A stretch of 64,000 bases of DNA from an uncultured Spirochaetota bacterium (lineage in GTDB: Bacteria; Spirochaetota; Spirochaetia; SZUA-6; Fen-1364). Below are positions 40,267 through 51,274 of this stretch, piece by piece. Both the position numbers and the translations under genes were made by a program. The first letter of the stretch is position 1. The number at the start of each line of letters is the position of its first letter. The notes under the pieces were generated by a model. It saw only the letters and a list, made by a program, of their open reading frames with translations, did no database searches and had not been told where the DNA came from. The stretch lies in contig CAWJSK010000018.1 in the NCBI GenBank assembly GCA_963845535.1, positions 1-64,000 of the forward strand, written 5' to 3'.

Positions 40267-40923
40267 CTAGGTTCCGACGGGGAGCAACACAAAAATCGTG
40301 GTCGCCCAGAGCACGTGCGATATGACGGTAGGCGCGATGCTGCCCTCACGATAGTAGACGAATCCCCACGTTGCGCCTGCCGCGAAGGCAGCGATGATGA
40401 GCGCCGGGTTCAACGTCACGACGTGCACGAGTGTGTAGAAACCTGCCGTCGCAAAGAAGGCCGGCAAGCGGCCGTAGCGCTCGCCGAGCGTGCGCTGGAC
40501 GAAGCGGTGCCAGTAGATCTCCTCTGCCGGACTCGTGACGAAGAGAAGCAGCAGCGCAACGGCCCAGTGTGGAAGAGCGCGTCCGGTCGCGTAAACGGAA
40601 GCCACCATGCGGTGCGATTCCGGTACGAGGAGCGGCAGCAGCATGTTGCCGGCGTAGAAGATGCCGTAGAGGAAGGCAGCCGAGCCTATGCCGATGAGCA
40701 GGTGGCGCGGGCGGAAAGCGCAGAAGTCTTTGCGCCGCGGCACCATCTGCGTGAGGGAAATTGCCGCAAGAATCGGTGTTGCCACTGCCATCTTGGCCCA
40801 GAAGATGCCCTTGGGAAAATCAAAGACGATATACCAGAGTACAATCGCCACGACAAGCGATGCTGCGAGCGCCGCCAGGCGGGGACGGGATTCCTTCTGC
40901 GAAACAGCCCTCCGGTCGGTCAT
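40267..40923 (-). CDS. CPBP (CAAX protease-like) intramembrane protein
   Basis: PAEEIYWHRFVQ, YTLVH, SHVLW. Confidence 0.85.
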   Translation of the reverse strand: MTDRRAVSQKESRPRLAALAASLVVAIVLWYIVFDFPKGIFWAKMAVATPILAAISLTQMVPRRKDFCAFRPRHLLIGIGSAAFLYGIFYAGNMLLPLLVPESHRMVASVYATGRALPHWAVALLLLFVTSPAEEIYWHRFVQRTLGERYGRLPAFFATAGFYTLVHVVTLNPALIIAAFAAGATWGFVYYREGSIAPTVISHVLWATTIFVLLPVGT

Positions 40924-41933
40924 AGCGCCAGAACGATCTTCCCTCTGTGCAGCCCCGCTTCGAGTTTCCTGTGCGCGTCGGCCGCCTCCGAGATCGGCAT
41001 CACGCTGTCGATGAGCGGAACCACACGCCGCTCCGCGACCAGCCGGATGACCGCCGCCATGTCGGCTTTCGTTCCGAGAAAGAGGCCCTGGACGCTCCGA
41101 TGGTGATAGTAGGTGAGGTGGATGTTGATTTCGGCGCTCCTTCCGCCCAGAATCCCGCACGCGAGCAGCCGCCCGCCGTTGGTGAGCATGGCAAGGCTCC
41201 GTTCGAAGGTGGCGCCCCCAATTGAATCTAGCACAATGTCAACGCCGCCGTCTGTTTCGTTCGCTACCCGCGCAAGAACATCGTCTGTCCGTCTGTCGAC
41301 CACGACATCTGCGCCTAGGGCGCGAAGCGCGGCGAGCCGATCGTCCGATCCCGCAGCGGCTATTGTGCGCGCTCCCGCGTCCCGGGCGATCTGCAAAGCC
41401 ATCGATCCGAGGATTCCGCCGCCGCCCCAGATGAAAACCGCGTCGCCACGCCCGATAGATCCAACCGTCCGGAGCGCGTGATATGCTGTGAGCCCGGCGA
41501 CCGGAAGAGAAACAGCCTCTTCGAAGGTAACCGAATCGGGAAGCGGAAATACATTCTCCTTCGGCACCGCGACAAACTCCGCGTATCCGCCCTTTACGTG
41601 CAGTCCGATGCTTCGCCAGGCAAGACAGAGGTTGGTGTGCCCGGCCCTGCAGGCGGAGCAGTTGCCGCACGAGAGGAGGGGGTATACAACGACACGTTCG
41701 CCGCTTTCTAAAAGCGTTCCGACGATATCCGCGCCGCAGATGTGCGGCAACGGTGTTTCGAGGCCCGGATACCCGTTCCTCACCAGGATGTCCATCCGAT
41801 TGACGCCGGTCGCGGCGACCCGCACAAGGACTTCCTCCTTGCCGGACACAGCCGATGGAACGGGATCAGGGAAGTCGCTTGCCAGCTTGAACACCTCCGG
41901 CCCACCGTAGGAGGCAATGGTCATTGCCCGCAT
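40920..41933 (-). CDS. MDR-family zinc-binding dehydrogenase / quinone oxidoreductase
   Basis: GVNRMD, CGNCSAC..C, TAYHAL, GGGG.LG, HRGKIVL. Confidence 0.88.
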   Translation of the reverse strand: MRAMTIASYGGPEVFKLASDFPDPVPSAVSGKEEVLVRVAATGVNRMDILVRNGYPGLETPLPHICGADIVGTLLESGERVVVYPLLSCGNCSACRAGHTNLCLAWRSIGLHVKGGYAEFVAVPKENVFPLPDSVTFEEAVSLPVAGLTAYHALRTVGSIGRGDAVFIWGGGGILGSMALQIARDAGARTIAAAGSDDRLAALRALGADVVVDRRTDDVLARVANETDGGVDIVLDSIGGATFERSLAMLTNGGRLLACGILGGRSAEINIHLTYYHHRSVQGLFLGTKADMAAVIRLVAERRVVPLIDSVMPISEAADAHRKLEAGLHRGKIVLAL

Positions 41934-42075
41934 TATACCCTCCGACTCACTCCTTAGTAGGTCATCCGTCGGAAAAGAACGCATGCCGACTGCCAAGGTT
42001 ACGCAGGTCTCGTCGGAAAAGTCCAGCTCCCCCGTGTGGTAGAGGTAGCACAAGGGGAAGTCTGGCGGGTTGAGG

Positions 42076-42927
42076 CTACGGCAGTTTCACTGTCACGGAC
42101 ATGTCCTTCCGAGAAGCCATTTCAAGCACGAGGTCCAGGAATAAAAGCATCTTTTCCTTGTACACCGAATCCGGAATATTCGTGAGCGCATCCCGCGCAC
42201 GCCCTGCAACCTCGGTTGCGAGGTCGAGGGTAAACCCATCCACCTCCTCGACCTCATCGTCCACGTAGTCGTCGACGAGTTGATAGGCTACCCCTACATT
42301 CATCCCGTATTCCGTCATCGCGCGGACCGAGTCAGGATCGCCTCCCGCCACCATCGCTCCGGTCCGTGACGATACCGACATCAAGGATGCGGTCTTCAAT
42401 CGTACCAACGTCACGTAGGTGTCGAAATCGACCCTCTCCCCAGAATGCATCAAGTTGATGAGCTCCCCATGACACATCCCTTCGGTTGCGAGGGCTATCG
42501 GCTCGATCACCTCCTTTGGCAGGTAGTGAGCCATGAGGTAAAAGGCTTTCGAAAAAAGCGCGTCTCCGGCAAGCAGAGCGATGTGATTCGTGTAAACGGT
42601 GTTGAGCGTCGGGAGTTGGCGTCTGAGCGCGCTGCCGTCAAGAATATCGTCATGAACCAGGCTGGCGTTGTGGACGAGCTCTACCACGGTAGCAAGTTGA
42701 ATGAGAGTTTCGTGAGTCTCCTCGTCATCGTGATTGCTCACGGCGCCGGCGGAGAGAAGCGCCATTGCCGGACGAAGTAGCTTACCTTTTGCTCTGAAGA
42801 TGTAGTCGACGATTTTATTGACAACGCGATTCGTGGTTTGGATTTCTCTGCGAATATTGCGCTGAACGCGCGACAGGTCACTCAGAATCGGCTCGTAAAC
42901 CCGTTCGATGCTGCTATTTCCTATCAT
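42076..42927 (-). CDS. Polyprenyl diphosphate synthase (HepT/IspB-like)
   Basis: GKLLRP, HDDILD..LRR, KTA, YQLVDDYVD. Confidence 0.9.
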   Translation of the reverse strand: MIGNSSIERVYEPILSDLSRVQRNIRREIQTTNRVVNKIVDYIFRAKGKLLRPAMALLSAGAVSNHDDEETHETLIQLATVVELVHNASLVHDDILDGSALRRQLPTLNTVYTNHIALLAGDALFSKAFYLMAHYLPKEVIEPIALATEGMCHGELINLMHSGERVDFDTYVTLVRLKTASLMSVSSRTGAMVAGGDPDSVRAMTEYGMNVGVAYQLVDDYVDDEVEEVDGFTLDLATEVAGRARDALTNIPDSVYKEKMLLFLDLVLEMASRKDMSVTVKLP

Positions 42928-43093
42928 CTTAATTGCGCTCTTTTGCACTAGCCATTCCGCACTCCTCCGCTGGGGTTTCAGCACCTACGCCGCGACCATT
43001 ACGGTTGCAATTGCCGTATCGGATGGAGAGGTCCGAACTCCGGGGACGATCCCTAACCCCTCATTCGCGATCAGGGCGGTCACAGCGTTGAGG

Positions 43094-44533
43094 CTACAAG
43101 GAAAGCTGCAACATCAGCCGGCCGATCGGAACGAAGTGCGCCGAAATGTTCGAGCCTGCATAGGTGCCGCTCGTGCTGGCAAGGCCAGGCATTTCCGAGA
43201 TGACATAGTTGCCGTCGGAATCAACCGACTCTGGCTCATTGAACATGAGCATGACTTCTGCAATCAGTTTGCAATAACTGTTGAGGCTATAGGAAACCGA
43301 TGGGGTGACTTCCCAGATCGGATTTATGTTAGAGAAGATCTGGGCATACGTCGAGGTGGTGACACCCCCCACAGTCACATTCTTCCAAGCACCTTGGAAC
43401 CCCGAATCGGGGATGACCATCGCCAGGCGTACCGCGAAAGTCCAGGTCGGGTCTTGCAGCGAAGCTGTCAGCTCGGCGCCGTAGATATTCAACGCGTACG
43501 AGTTTCCCGCTACCGCGGCTACGCCAAGGACGGTGCCGGTATCGCCGCTCTGAACGGTCGTGCCGAAGTGTCCCATTGCGGCCTGCCCGCTAAGGGTAAA
43601 AATCTTTCCGATACTCAGAGGGGCTCGCACCTGGAAGTCGAGGTCCACCTGATAATACAAGCCGCTCACAGGTTGCCCGCTCCCCGCGAAACCCATATAT
43701 GGGTTGAAAACCGATGAAAGAAGAACGTTCCCGTTATAATCCTGGTTGTAGAGAAAGGCCCCAAGTCCGCTTCCCATCTCGCTGAAGAGAGTCCCATGGC
43801 CGGCGTTGCTGTTGGCAGCGACGAAACCGTTGAGGTGAATAGCGTATTGCAGGTCGTCGACTTTCGTAAATGCAGTTTGCCTCTGATGGAACGGGTCGTC
43901 TGAAATGCCATTCGAGTAGCCGACCCTTAAAAACATTGGCAGCGGCAGATAGAGCTGTTCCGGAAGATATCGCTGGGGAAGGTTTGGAGCGCCCTGAACG
44001 AGGCCGAGGGCGGAATCAAAATTGCCAAAGTGATCAACCAGGACAAGGCCCATTTCATAGCCCGAGTTAAAAAAGAGGTTGAAATTGGGTGACTTTTCCG
44101 TGAAAAGCATGTACGAATTATCAGTCGCGCTTTCCAGGTTGGTCGGGTCTTTGAACTGCCCCACTTTGAGATACATTGCATTTCCTATCAGGGGAACATC
44201 CACATAAGCGTCCGTCAGATCCAATATGCCATTAAGATTGCTCGCGCTGGCTGCGTTGGTCGTCCCGCCGTAGGTAGTCGCTAGCCGCCAGTCGAAACCG
44301 CTATAGGCTCCGCTTATGTACAGTTGATCTGCGACGTTCCATAAGTAAAGCCTGGTTTGATTGCCGACGGTGTCATCGGACACATATTCCGTTTCGCCCA
44401 TGGCTTGGATCAGGCCTCCGACTGATAATTGAAGATTATCGGTGTTCACTACCGGCAGCGCATAGGCTTGAGTTACGGACACGAGGCCCAAAAGGACCAT
44501 CGCCATGCTCGCCCATTTCATCAAGTCTTTCAT
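43094..44533 (-). CDS. Outer-membrane beta-barrel/porin-like protein
   Basis: Signal peptide (AYA), LTDAYVD..LKVGQFK motif as in OprO/P-like porins, amphipathic C-terminal strand. Confidence 0.65.
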   Translation of the reverse strand: MKDLMKWASMAMVLLGLVSVTQAYALPVVNTDNLQLSVGGLIQAMGETEYVSDDTVGNQTRLYLWNVADQLYISGAYSGFDWRLATTYGGTTNAASASNLNGILDLTDAYVDVPLIGNAMYLKVGQFKDPTNLESATDNSYMLFTEKSPNFNLFFNSGYEMGLVLVDHFGNFDSALGLVQGAPNLPQRYLPEQLYLPLPMFLRVGYSNGISDDPFHQRQTAFTKVDDLQYAIHLNGFVAANSNAGHGTLFSEMGSGLGAFLYNQDYNGNVLLSSVFNPYMGFAGSGQPVSGLYYQVDLDFQVRAPLSIGKIFTLSGQAAMGHFGTTVQSGDTGTVLGVAAVAGNSYALNIYGAELTASLQDPTWTFAVRLAMVIPDSGFQGAWKNVTVGGVTTSTYAQIFSNINPIWEVTPSVSYSLNSYCKLIAEVMLMFNEPESVDSDGNYVISEMPGLASTSGTYAGSNISAHFVPIGRLMLQLSL

Positions 44534-44544
44534 TGTTCACCTCC

Positions 44545-44695
44545 CCCAGACGTGTCTCCCGGACGTAGTGGAACTTGGTTCACCTGTGTTGTCCCCCAGA
44601 CGTAGTGGAACTTGGTTCTCCCACAGATGTAGTGGAACTTGGTTCTCCCACAGATGTAGTGGAACTTGGCTCTCCCACAGACGAAGAACTTGGTT
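44545..44695. repeat. 27-bp tandem repeat (VGEPSSTTS)
   Basis: CCACAGATGTAGTGGAACTTGGTTCTC, three near-perfect copies plus degenerate flanking copies. Confidence 0.9.
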
Positions 44696-45320
44696 TTGCT
44701 GAGAGCGATAAATCCCATCGAACAGTTATTTTGTCATCCGTTTTTATAATGAAAAATACCGTCGGCGGCTTTATGCCGAAATCGGTCATGAGAAAATCTG
44801 CTGTCCCTGTAATTCTTAAGGTGTTGTCATTAATATCGAAAATAGCAGAGACGCTTGCAGGATTTTCCTTTCCTGCAACTGTAAGGCTACCTTGAGCAGA
44901 GATGTCGTAACGGCCGGCCATCGAAGGATCGGGAATCGCCTTGGCGCTGGTCAGCGAAAAAACGATGTCTGGATTCTGCTTGTATTTTAGGTCGGCCCAG
45001 AGATTGTTGTCAAAGCTCGAACCTTCTCCAGGATTTTTGAGTGATTGAACCGGAACATCGAAGATAAAATTCCCGGAGATCAGAGCAATCAACGTATCGA
45101 TGTCCGGTATAGTGGGCGAGTCCGCAGCAAATGTGTTGGTTTTCAGAGTGAAGGTGGACGTTACGCTTTCGAACTTATGCAGTGTTGAATTTCCGTCCAG
45201 CCATAGATGGCTGCCACTGTTAAATGATAGGTTGTAACTTCCGCTGTCTGCGTATACCGGCAGAGAGAAAGGAACAAGACTCAGTATCAGTAGCGTTCTG
45301 CCCATCAGTTTTCGAAACAT
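44580..45320 (-). CDS. YceI-family (polyisoprenoid-binding) protein with S/T-rich tail
   Basis: Signal peptide; GNSTLHKF, VPVQSL, GSLTVAG, MTDFGIKPP. Confidence 0.85.
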   Translation of the reverse strand: MFRKLMGRTLLILSLVPFSLPVYADSGSYNLSFNSGSHLWLDGNSTLHKFESVTSTFTLKTNTFAADSPTIPDIDTLIALISGNFIFDVPVQSLKNPGEGSSFDNNLWADLKYKQNPDIVFSLTSAKAIPDPSMAGRYDISAQGSLTVAGKENPASVSAIFDINDNTLRITGTADFLMTDFGIKPPTVFFIIKTDDKITVRWDLSLSAKPSSSSVGEPSSTTSVGEPSSTTSVGEPSSTTSGGQHR

Positions 45321-45894
45321 TCCCTTTCCCTCCGATCATGAATAGTGTGAGCTCGCATGCAGACCTTCGACAGCTATGGCACAAGTTTAAGGCGAATGTA
45401 ATAATTACTGACTAATATAGTCAACATTAGAAAAGCAAAAAAACGTAATCGGATCTGGGGAGTACCACTTATGTGACATTGTAGCCTCGAAATGCTCACC
45501 CACGCTCGCAAGACGTCCCGACCCGGCCGCCCCTCTCCTTGCAGCGAAAGGCACGGGGGAACTCACCACTGCCGCCTACCGCACAGCACTCAAGGCATAC
45601 CTTGCAAGCGGAGCGACCGTCACCGTCGAAGGCTTCACTGCCAACATCCACTCCCTCAGGCGCACACTTCTCCGTAGCCTGTTGGAGAGGTACCACAGGC
45701 GTAGCCAGAACAGCGCATCCTTGCTCGCCCGCAATTCCTAATCGATGAAAGAGTTGGGCTTCCGCAGAGCCGAAAAGTTCGGCGTAGTCGACAGAAGGCA
45801 ACGTTACCGGCAGCGCGAGGGAACCTCGAACCGTCGCCAGGCGACAGCCAAGCGAATCCGCGTGGTTCGGACTTTCAGCGGGATTGCCCGAAGC

Positions 45895-46630
45895 TTATGG
45901 CTTCTCCGCCATGACGAGGCGCACTGCCCAGGGCACCCCAAACCAACAACGCCAATCCATAGGGCGGTCCTTCACGACCTTCATTCCCCGCCCGCGCAGA
46001 TGTAGCGCGTAAGCCCCGACCATCGGATGCAGGTCAACTATAATAAGCTTGCCCGCAGGCTTGAGGACCCGGACCGTTTCATCTAGTGCCCTGAACCGCC
46101 CCGCTTCACCCTTGATGTTGTGGATCGCGAGGCTTGAGACGACCAAATCGAACATGGCGTCGGGAAACGGCATCGCCATTATGTTCCCCGTCTCCACCTT
46201 GCATCTTTCCGTCACGCCCTCGATCTCAAGATTTCGCAGCGTTGCTTCGGGGCTATTGCCTGATTGGTCGACAGTGCTCCACAGGTCAAGCCCGAAAGCG
46301 CGCCCTCGTTGCAGCCGTTTCGTAGCCAGGCTCAAGACAGCGCCGCGACCGCACCCCACATCCAGCACCTGTTCGTCGCCCCGAAGGTGAAGAGCGTCAA
46401 GCAGCTCCAGACCAGGAACTTGCCCCTTCGTGTCGAATAGATTTAGCTCAGGAGCGTTGCAAGCGGAAAAAGACCGAGAACGCCTCCGAGAATTGTGAGG
46501 AACAGGTGACCAAGAAGCGCGAACAGGAACGCGAGGCCTCAGAACACGAGTACGATCCCACCCAGTGCAAAGATGCCAGAGGGGTTATCAAAGCCGTATC
46601 ACCGAGCGGTTTCTGAGTTGTGCTGTCCAT
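45895..46630 (-). pseudogene. Class I SAM methyltransferase, 5' part frameshifted
   Basis: VLDVGCGRG, GLDLWSTVDQSGN, FDLVVSSLAIHNI, RVLKPAG. Confidence 0.8.
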
Positions 46631-46845
46631 GGTTGTCGCCCCCCGGATGAGTATAGACTGGTTTCCGCTGGCATTATTGCAATTGCTGAAGAATGCTGGA
46701 AGAGCGTAGCCGTGGTTTGCGGACAGTAGACACATTCGCCCTTATGGGCAGTGTGTGACGGCGGCTCCTGCAAATCAGCTTTCATCGGAGGGATGGTTGT
46801 TCGGCGGCGCCCATAGTAAAACATGGCTCTTCCCGATCAAAAGGA

Positions 46846-47544
46846 GTGTCTATGAACGACCTGAAGGTACGACGATGGGCCGGCGCGTTTGGGTTGGCTG
46901 GGTTTGTCGTGTTCTTGGTCGCCCTCCCGCTTTACTTCGTGGGTGTCGGGCCAGGAGCACGGCTACAGGACGCTGCACAGTTCACCGCCTTGGTCTCAAA
47001 GACCAACGCATTCATCCTTATCCGCGCATCGCTCGCCGATCCGCTCATCATGGTCGGTTTCCTGGTCTTCCTGGCCGGCTTGCGCCACCTGATCAGGCAG
47101 GCGCAACAGGACTACGAGTGGATTGGCTCTCTGGTCTTTGGAGTCGGCATTGTCGTCATCGCCGTGGAGCTTGTTGGTGACGGTTTCCAGGCCGGTGCTG
47201 CCTTGGACACCTGGGTCAAAGCTGATCCCACTGCTGTGAGAGCACTCAATGAAGGCAGCTTCCCTATGTATGGTGCAATTGGGCTCATCTTGACGGCGCT
47301 TTTATTGGCCTCCGTCGGGTACGCCACCCTGGCTACCGGTGTGCTCCACAGGTGGACAGGTTGGGTCGCCTACGGCGCTGCGGTTGTCAACCTGGCGGCT
47401 GCTCCTTCGGTGTTGGGAGGAACAGACATCACCCGCTTCTACACCGCGTCCGGATATGCGCCCTTTGTCGGTCAGGCAGTGATGTTGATCTGGTTCTTGC
47501 TTGCCAGTGTCTCTATGCTCGCGAAGCGAGAGACTGCCAAGTAG
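46846..47544 (+). CDS. Membrane protein (DUF4386-like)
   Basis: About six TM segments; ATGVLHRWTGW. Confidence 0.7.
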   Translation: MSMNDLKVRRWAGAFGLAGFVVFLVALPLYFVGVGPGARLQDAAQFTALVSKTNAFILIRASLADPLIMVGFLVFLAGLRHLIRQAQQDYEWIGSLVFGVGIVVIAVELVGDGFQAGAALDTWVKADPTAVRALNEGSFPMYGAIGLILTALLLASVGYATLATGVLHRWTGWVAYGAAVVNLAAAPSVLGGTDITRFYTASGYAPFVGQAVMLIWFLLASVSMLAKRETAK

Positions 47545-47606
47545 ACAAGAATCCCATTATAGACAGTGCAAGGGACACATGACGCAGTACCCGCGTCCAC
47601 GGGCCG

Positions 47607-48044
47607 TCAACGAGGGACGGGGTTGCCGCCGGAGCGGCCGCCTTCCGTCGTCCTCCTTCGCTCAGCCTCCCACGCCTCCGATACATTTCTACCCTTCTCA
47701 GGGTTGTCAACGACGAGAATGAGCTGATTGGCATGATCACTGTAGACGACCTCAATGTTCACCCCTGCATCCGCCATCTGCCGCGCGATCATACCGAGCT
47801 GCCCTGGGGTGTCCTGGCGGAGTCGTTGGACGAGCACATCACGAACTTCGAGCACCTCGATCCTCGCTGCCATAAGGGCCGCCATAGCGGCGTTACCATC
47901 CTCGAAAAGGAAGTGCATGATTCCTGCTTCGCCAACGGTGAAGCCACCCCCGCCCTCGATGCTCACGCCCGCTCGTCCTAGGGCTTCGCCCATTTCCGCC
48001 AACGCCCCGGGCTTGTTGGCGAGCCGAATAGTCCGATCCTGCAT
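47607..48044 (-). CDS. Tandem ACT-domain protein
   Basis: NKPGALA..GVSIE and DTPGQLG..GVNIE. Confidence 0.85.
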   Translation of the reverse strand: MQDRTIRLANKPGALAEMGEALGRAGVSIEGGGGFTVGEAGIMHFLFEDGNAAMAALMAARIEVLEVRDVLVQRLRQDTPGQLGMIARQMADAGVNIEVVYSDHANQLILVVDNPEKGRNVSEAWEAERRRTTEGGRSGGNPVPR

Positions 48045-48051
48045 AGACGGC

Positions 48052-48526
48052 TCACGTTCTTACCGTCACCACCGCGGTATGACGAACTGGGAAGCTCACG
48101 GAACTCGCAATGAAACAGAGGGTGTGAGCCTTCTCGTGCAACTCCATCGCCAGAGCTTTCTTGCCCTCACCTGCAATCTCGACTTTTGGGCGGAGCGTCA
48201 CAGACTCGAACCTGCCGCCGCCGTCGGGGGTCACCTTCATCACTCCCGATGCATCATCCGTGTAGCTTAGGACAGAGATTTCGCTTCGGGCGCAGAGTGC
48301 AAGGTAGGTGAGCATATGACAGGAGCTGAGGGACATGACCAGCAGATCCTCGGGGTTGTGCTTGTCCCATTCTCCGCGATACGCAGGATCGGCCGTTCCG
48401 AGGAAATCGGGCTTGCCCTCAATTTGAATCCGCCATTGCCCGGCTGTACCCCTGATAGTGGGCAGTGCCATCGCCGAGATTGCCTTCCCAGACCAGCCGG
48501 GAAGTGTATTCGTGTTCTGCACTCAT
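48052..48526 (-). CDS. OsmC-family protein (1-bp frameshift near 48440)
   Basis: NPEDLL..LSSCHMLTYL, AHTLCFIASSV. Confidence 0.85.
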
Positions 48527-48693
48527 GTGATCAAAATAGCAAAGGTCCCCTGTGTTGCCAAACACCGTGACCGTCTTGCCCGATTGGTCACATTCGACAA
48601 GATACTCAAATACTCCAAGCGGCACGGCCTCCGCTCATTAGTGATAACTGGGTACGCGGTCACAGCTCTCCCCAGGACCCTCCGGGTTCAGCG

Positions 48694-48960
48694 TTATTGA
48701 CCTACGATGGCCAGTTCGTAGACAAACGCCTCGGACGAGTCGTCAGGGTTGGTAAGACCGACCCAATTCCCATCTTTCCAGTAGCCAGCTACCAGCGCGC
48801 CGGAGCTGTTAACGCAGGCGCCGCCGGCGTAGACATCGGAGCCGACGATCACCAGCGACTCGACCTCGGAGGTGTACGACGAGCCATATGGGTTAGGCAG
48901 GCCCACTCATCTGCCGTTCAACCAGTAGCCGGCTACAGAATTGCTGGAGCTGTCAACTTC
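48694..48960 (-). pseudogene. Fragment of a repeat protein (VYAGG..AGYWKDG units)
   Basis: Two adjacent VAGYW(L/K)(N/D)G units; no start. Confidence 0.55.
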
Positions 48961-49030
48961 GGGCTGCAAATCGAGCTCACGATTACCACCGGAATTGCAC
49001 CGATCACAGTGTTGTACGGAAATTAGAGCG

Positions 49031-49771
49031 GTGAACGGAACCAAGATCGAGATTCGAACGAAGGACGGCGTGGCCGACGCATACATCTCCCATCCGGCCG
49101 GCGCTGGTTCCTGGCCCGCGGTGCTCTTCTTCATGGACGGTCTCGGCTGGCGCCCAACACTCTTCGAGATGGCCGACCGGCTCGCGTCGAATGGCTACTA
49201 CGTACTCTTGCCAAACATGTTCTGGCGTTCGGGTGAGTTCGTGCCATTTGATGTGAGGACGGTGTTCTCCGGCGGTGCCGAGATGGAACGCCTGATGAAG
49301 ATCGTGAGCGCGGTGACCGATGAGAGCGCGATGCGCGACACCGAGACGTTTTTGGAGTTCCTCGCGGGCAGACCAGAAGTCAAGGACGCACACAGGGTCG
49401 CGTGTACCGGGTACTGCATGGGCGGCGGCATCGCGATCCTTGCCGCGTGTAGCTTTCCCGATCACATTGCAGCCGCGGCGTCCTTCCACGGCGGCCGCTT
49501 TTTGACGTCGCCGGAGGCGCCCGAAGTGATCGCGAAGAAGGCGCGCGCACGGATCTACCTCGCCGTCGCAGAGGTAGATCGGAACCACACGCCTGACGTG
49601 ACGAAACGGCTCACCGCCGCCCTCGAAGAGGCGAAAGCACCGTACATGATTGAAAACTATGCGGGCGTTTCCCATGGCTTCACCATGCCCGACCTGCCCG
49701 TCTACGATCGTGATGCGGCCGAGCAGCACTGGGACCGTCTGCTGAAACTGCTCCGCGAGACGTTTGCGTGA
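49031..49771 (+). CDS. Dienelactone hydrolase family
   Basis: GYCMGG nucleophile, SFHGG, HGF. Confidence 0.92.
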   Translation: MNGTKIEIRTKDGVADAYISHPAGAGSWPAVLFFMDGLGWRPTLFEMADRLASNGYYVLLPNMFWRSGEFVPFDVRTVFSGGAEMERLMKIVSAVTDESAMRDTETFLEFLAGRPEVKDAHRVACTGYCMGGGIAILAACSFPDHIAAAASFHGGRFLTSPEAPEVIAKKARARIYLAVAEVDRNHTPDVTKRLTAALEEAKAPYMIENYAGVSHGFTMPDLPVYDRDAAEQHWDRLLKLLRETFA

Positions 49772-49815
49772 TGAGTCCTTATCGCATGGGCGAGTAGGAA
49801 ATTCGTTGCGACTAA

Positions 49816-51102
49816 GTCTTCGCGAGAAAATAACTGCATCATCTCATTTGGGATGAGGCAGGATTGAGTAGTTCCACTCCCCGTGGAAATCATCGGGTTT
49901 CAAACGGACGGCGGCGAGCTGTTCGTCGCTGACCTGAATCTTCTTGGGATAGCGCTTGGTATCCAGAATACATCGTACACTCAGGCCAGTAGAGGTTCGC
50001 GTGTTCGCAATCAGTTCCACGATCATCGCGTGCGTTAGTAGTGGCTGGCCCCGCCAATTGCGGCTGATGAACGAGAACAGTCGGTGTTCGATTTTGTTCC
50101 ACTTGCTCGTCCCCGGGGGCAGATGACAGACGCGAACGATCAGGCCCGTTACATCGGCAAGCCGCTGGAGCTCCCACTTCCACAGCCGGACTCGATTGCC
50201 GTTGCTCCCACCGCTGTCGGCGACGATCAACAGTGATCTGGCCCGCGGATACTCCCTTGATCCCATCTTCCTCCACCAGTGCAAGATTGTGTTCACCGCG
50301 AAGGATGCCGTCTCGTGGTCGATCCCCACCGACACCCAGCCTCGATTCAGCCGTAGATCATACACGCCGTAGGGAATGACCTTCCCCTTGGTCTTGTCGA
50401 TGAAATCGTGGACTTTGACCTGGTGCGGACTCCCCCGAGGACGCCACTCTCGCCCACCGTTCTTGAAGTTCCCCACCAATTCCTTTTTCTTCGCGTCCAC
50501 CGAGATCGCCGGTTGCCGGAGTCCCACCTGCCGGCTCACCCCAGCGTTGATGTGCCGAAACTGTGCGTCCCGATCCGGATGTCGGCCTCCCTCCTTGGTC
50601 TTGCGGTTTGCCTGGAGGCTGTAGTGCAACTCATAGAGCAGCTGTCGCACCAGCCATTCACTACCTGCATGACCCTGCGCCGTCAATTCGCTGGCCAAGC
50701 GCCGCGTGCTCTTGCATGTCCACCTTAGTGCGGACTCTGGATCCCCCGGCTCACCGGGTCCACCAGTCGCTCCAAGGCAGCTCGCAACTTCGCGTCGATC
50801 GCGGTGGCTTTCTTGCGCCCGCCACCAGTCCGCCGGACACGACCCCTATCGGCGCTCGTCTTCTCTCGGATCTCCTGTGACCCTCGGATAATCGTACTCC
50901 GCGAGATACCAGTGGCCCGAGCGACCAGCGAGGCGCCTCCATATCCCAGCGATTGAGCTTCCGTGACAGCCCAAATCCGGCGGCCGCGTTCGTTGAGCGA
51001 CGCCTTCAGGGTCCTATACTTCCTGCGGATCATCTGGAGTCGTGTCACACCCGGAATATAGCACACACATCAAACATGTTCCAGTTATTTTCTCGCGAAC
51101 TC
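49816..51102 (-). mobile_element. ISAzo13-family element (transposase 49844..51066 with 1-bp frameshift)
   Basis: IR core TTCGCGAGAAAATAACTG at both ends; TAA duplicated; ISVDAKKKELVG, PPGTSKWNKIEHRLFS. Confidence 0.9.
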
Positions 51103-51274
51103 TAAGTAAGGCTTTGAGGTTAAACGACGGATGTGGCGGGCCTCGTCCCTCAGCGGAAAGGGTATTTGAGGCGCCCCTGGACGCCTTTCGTCCCAAACAG
51201 ACGCTGGTAGCGGCACTTGCGAACACGCAACGAGCCCGCCGTATGATTGCACTCCTCGGAACGGCCACCTTTGC

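Noticed and set aside
44545..44695. Possible CRISPR array (27-bp repeats)
   Set aside because: Head-to-tail, spacerless and in-frame coding repeats.
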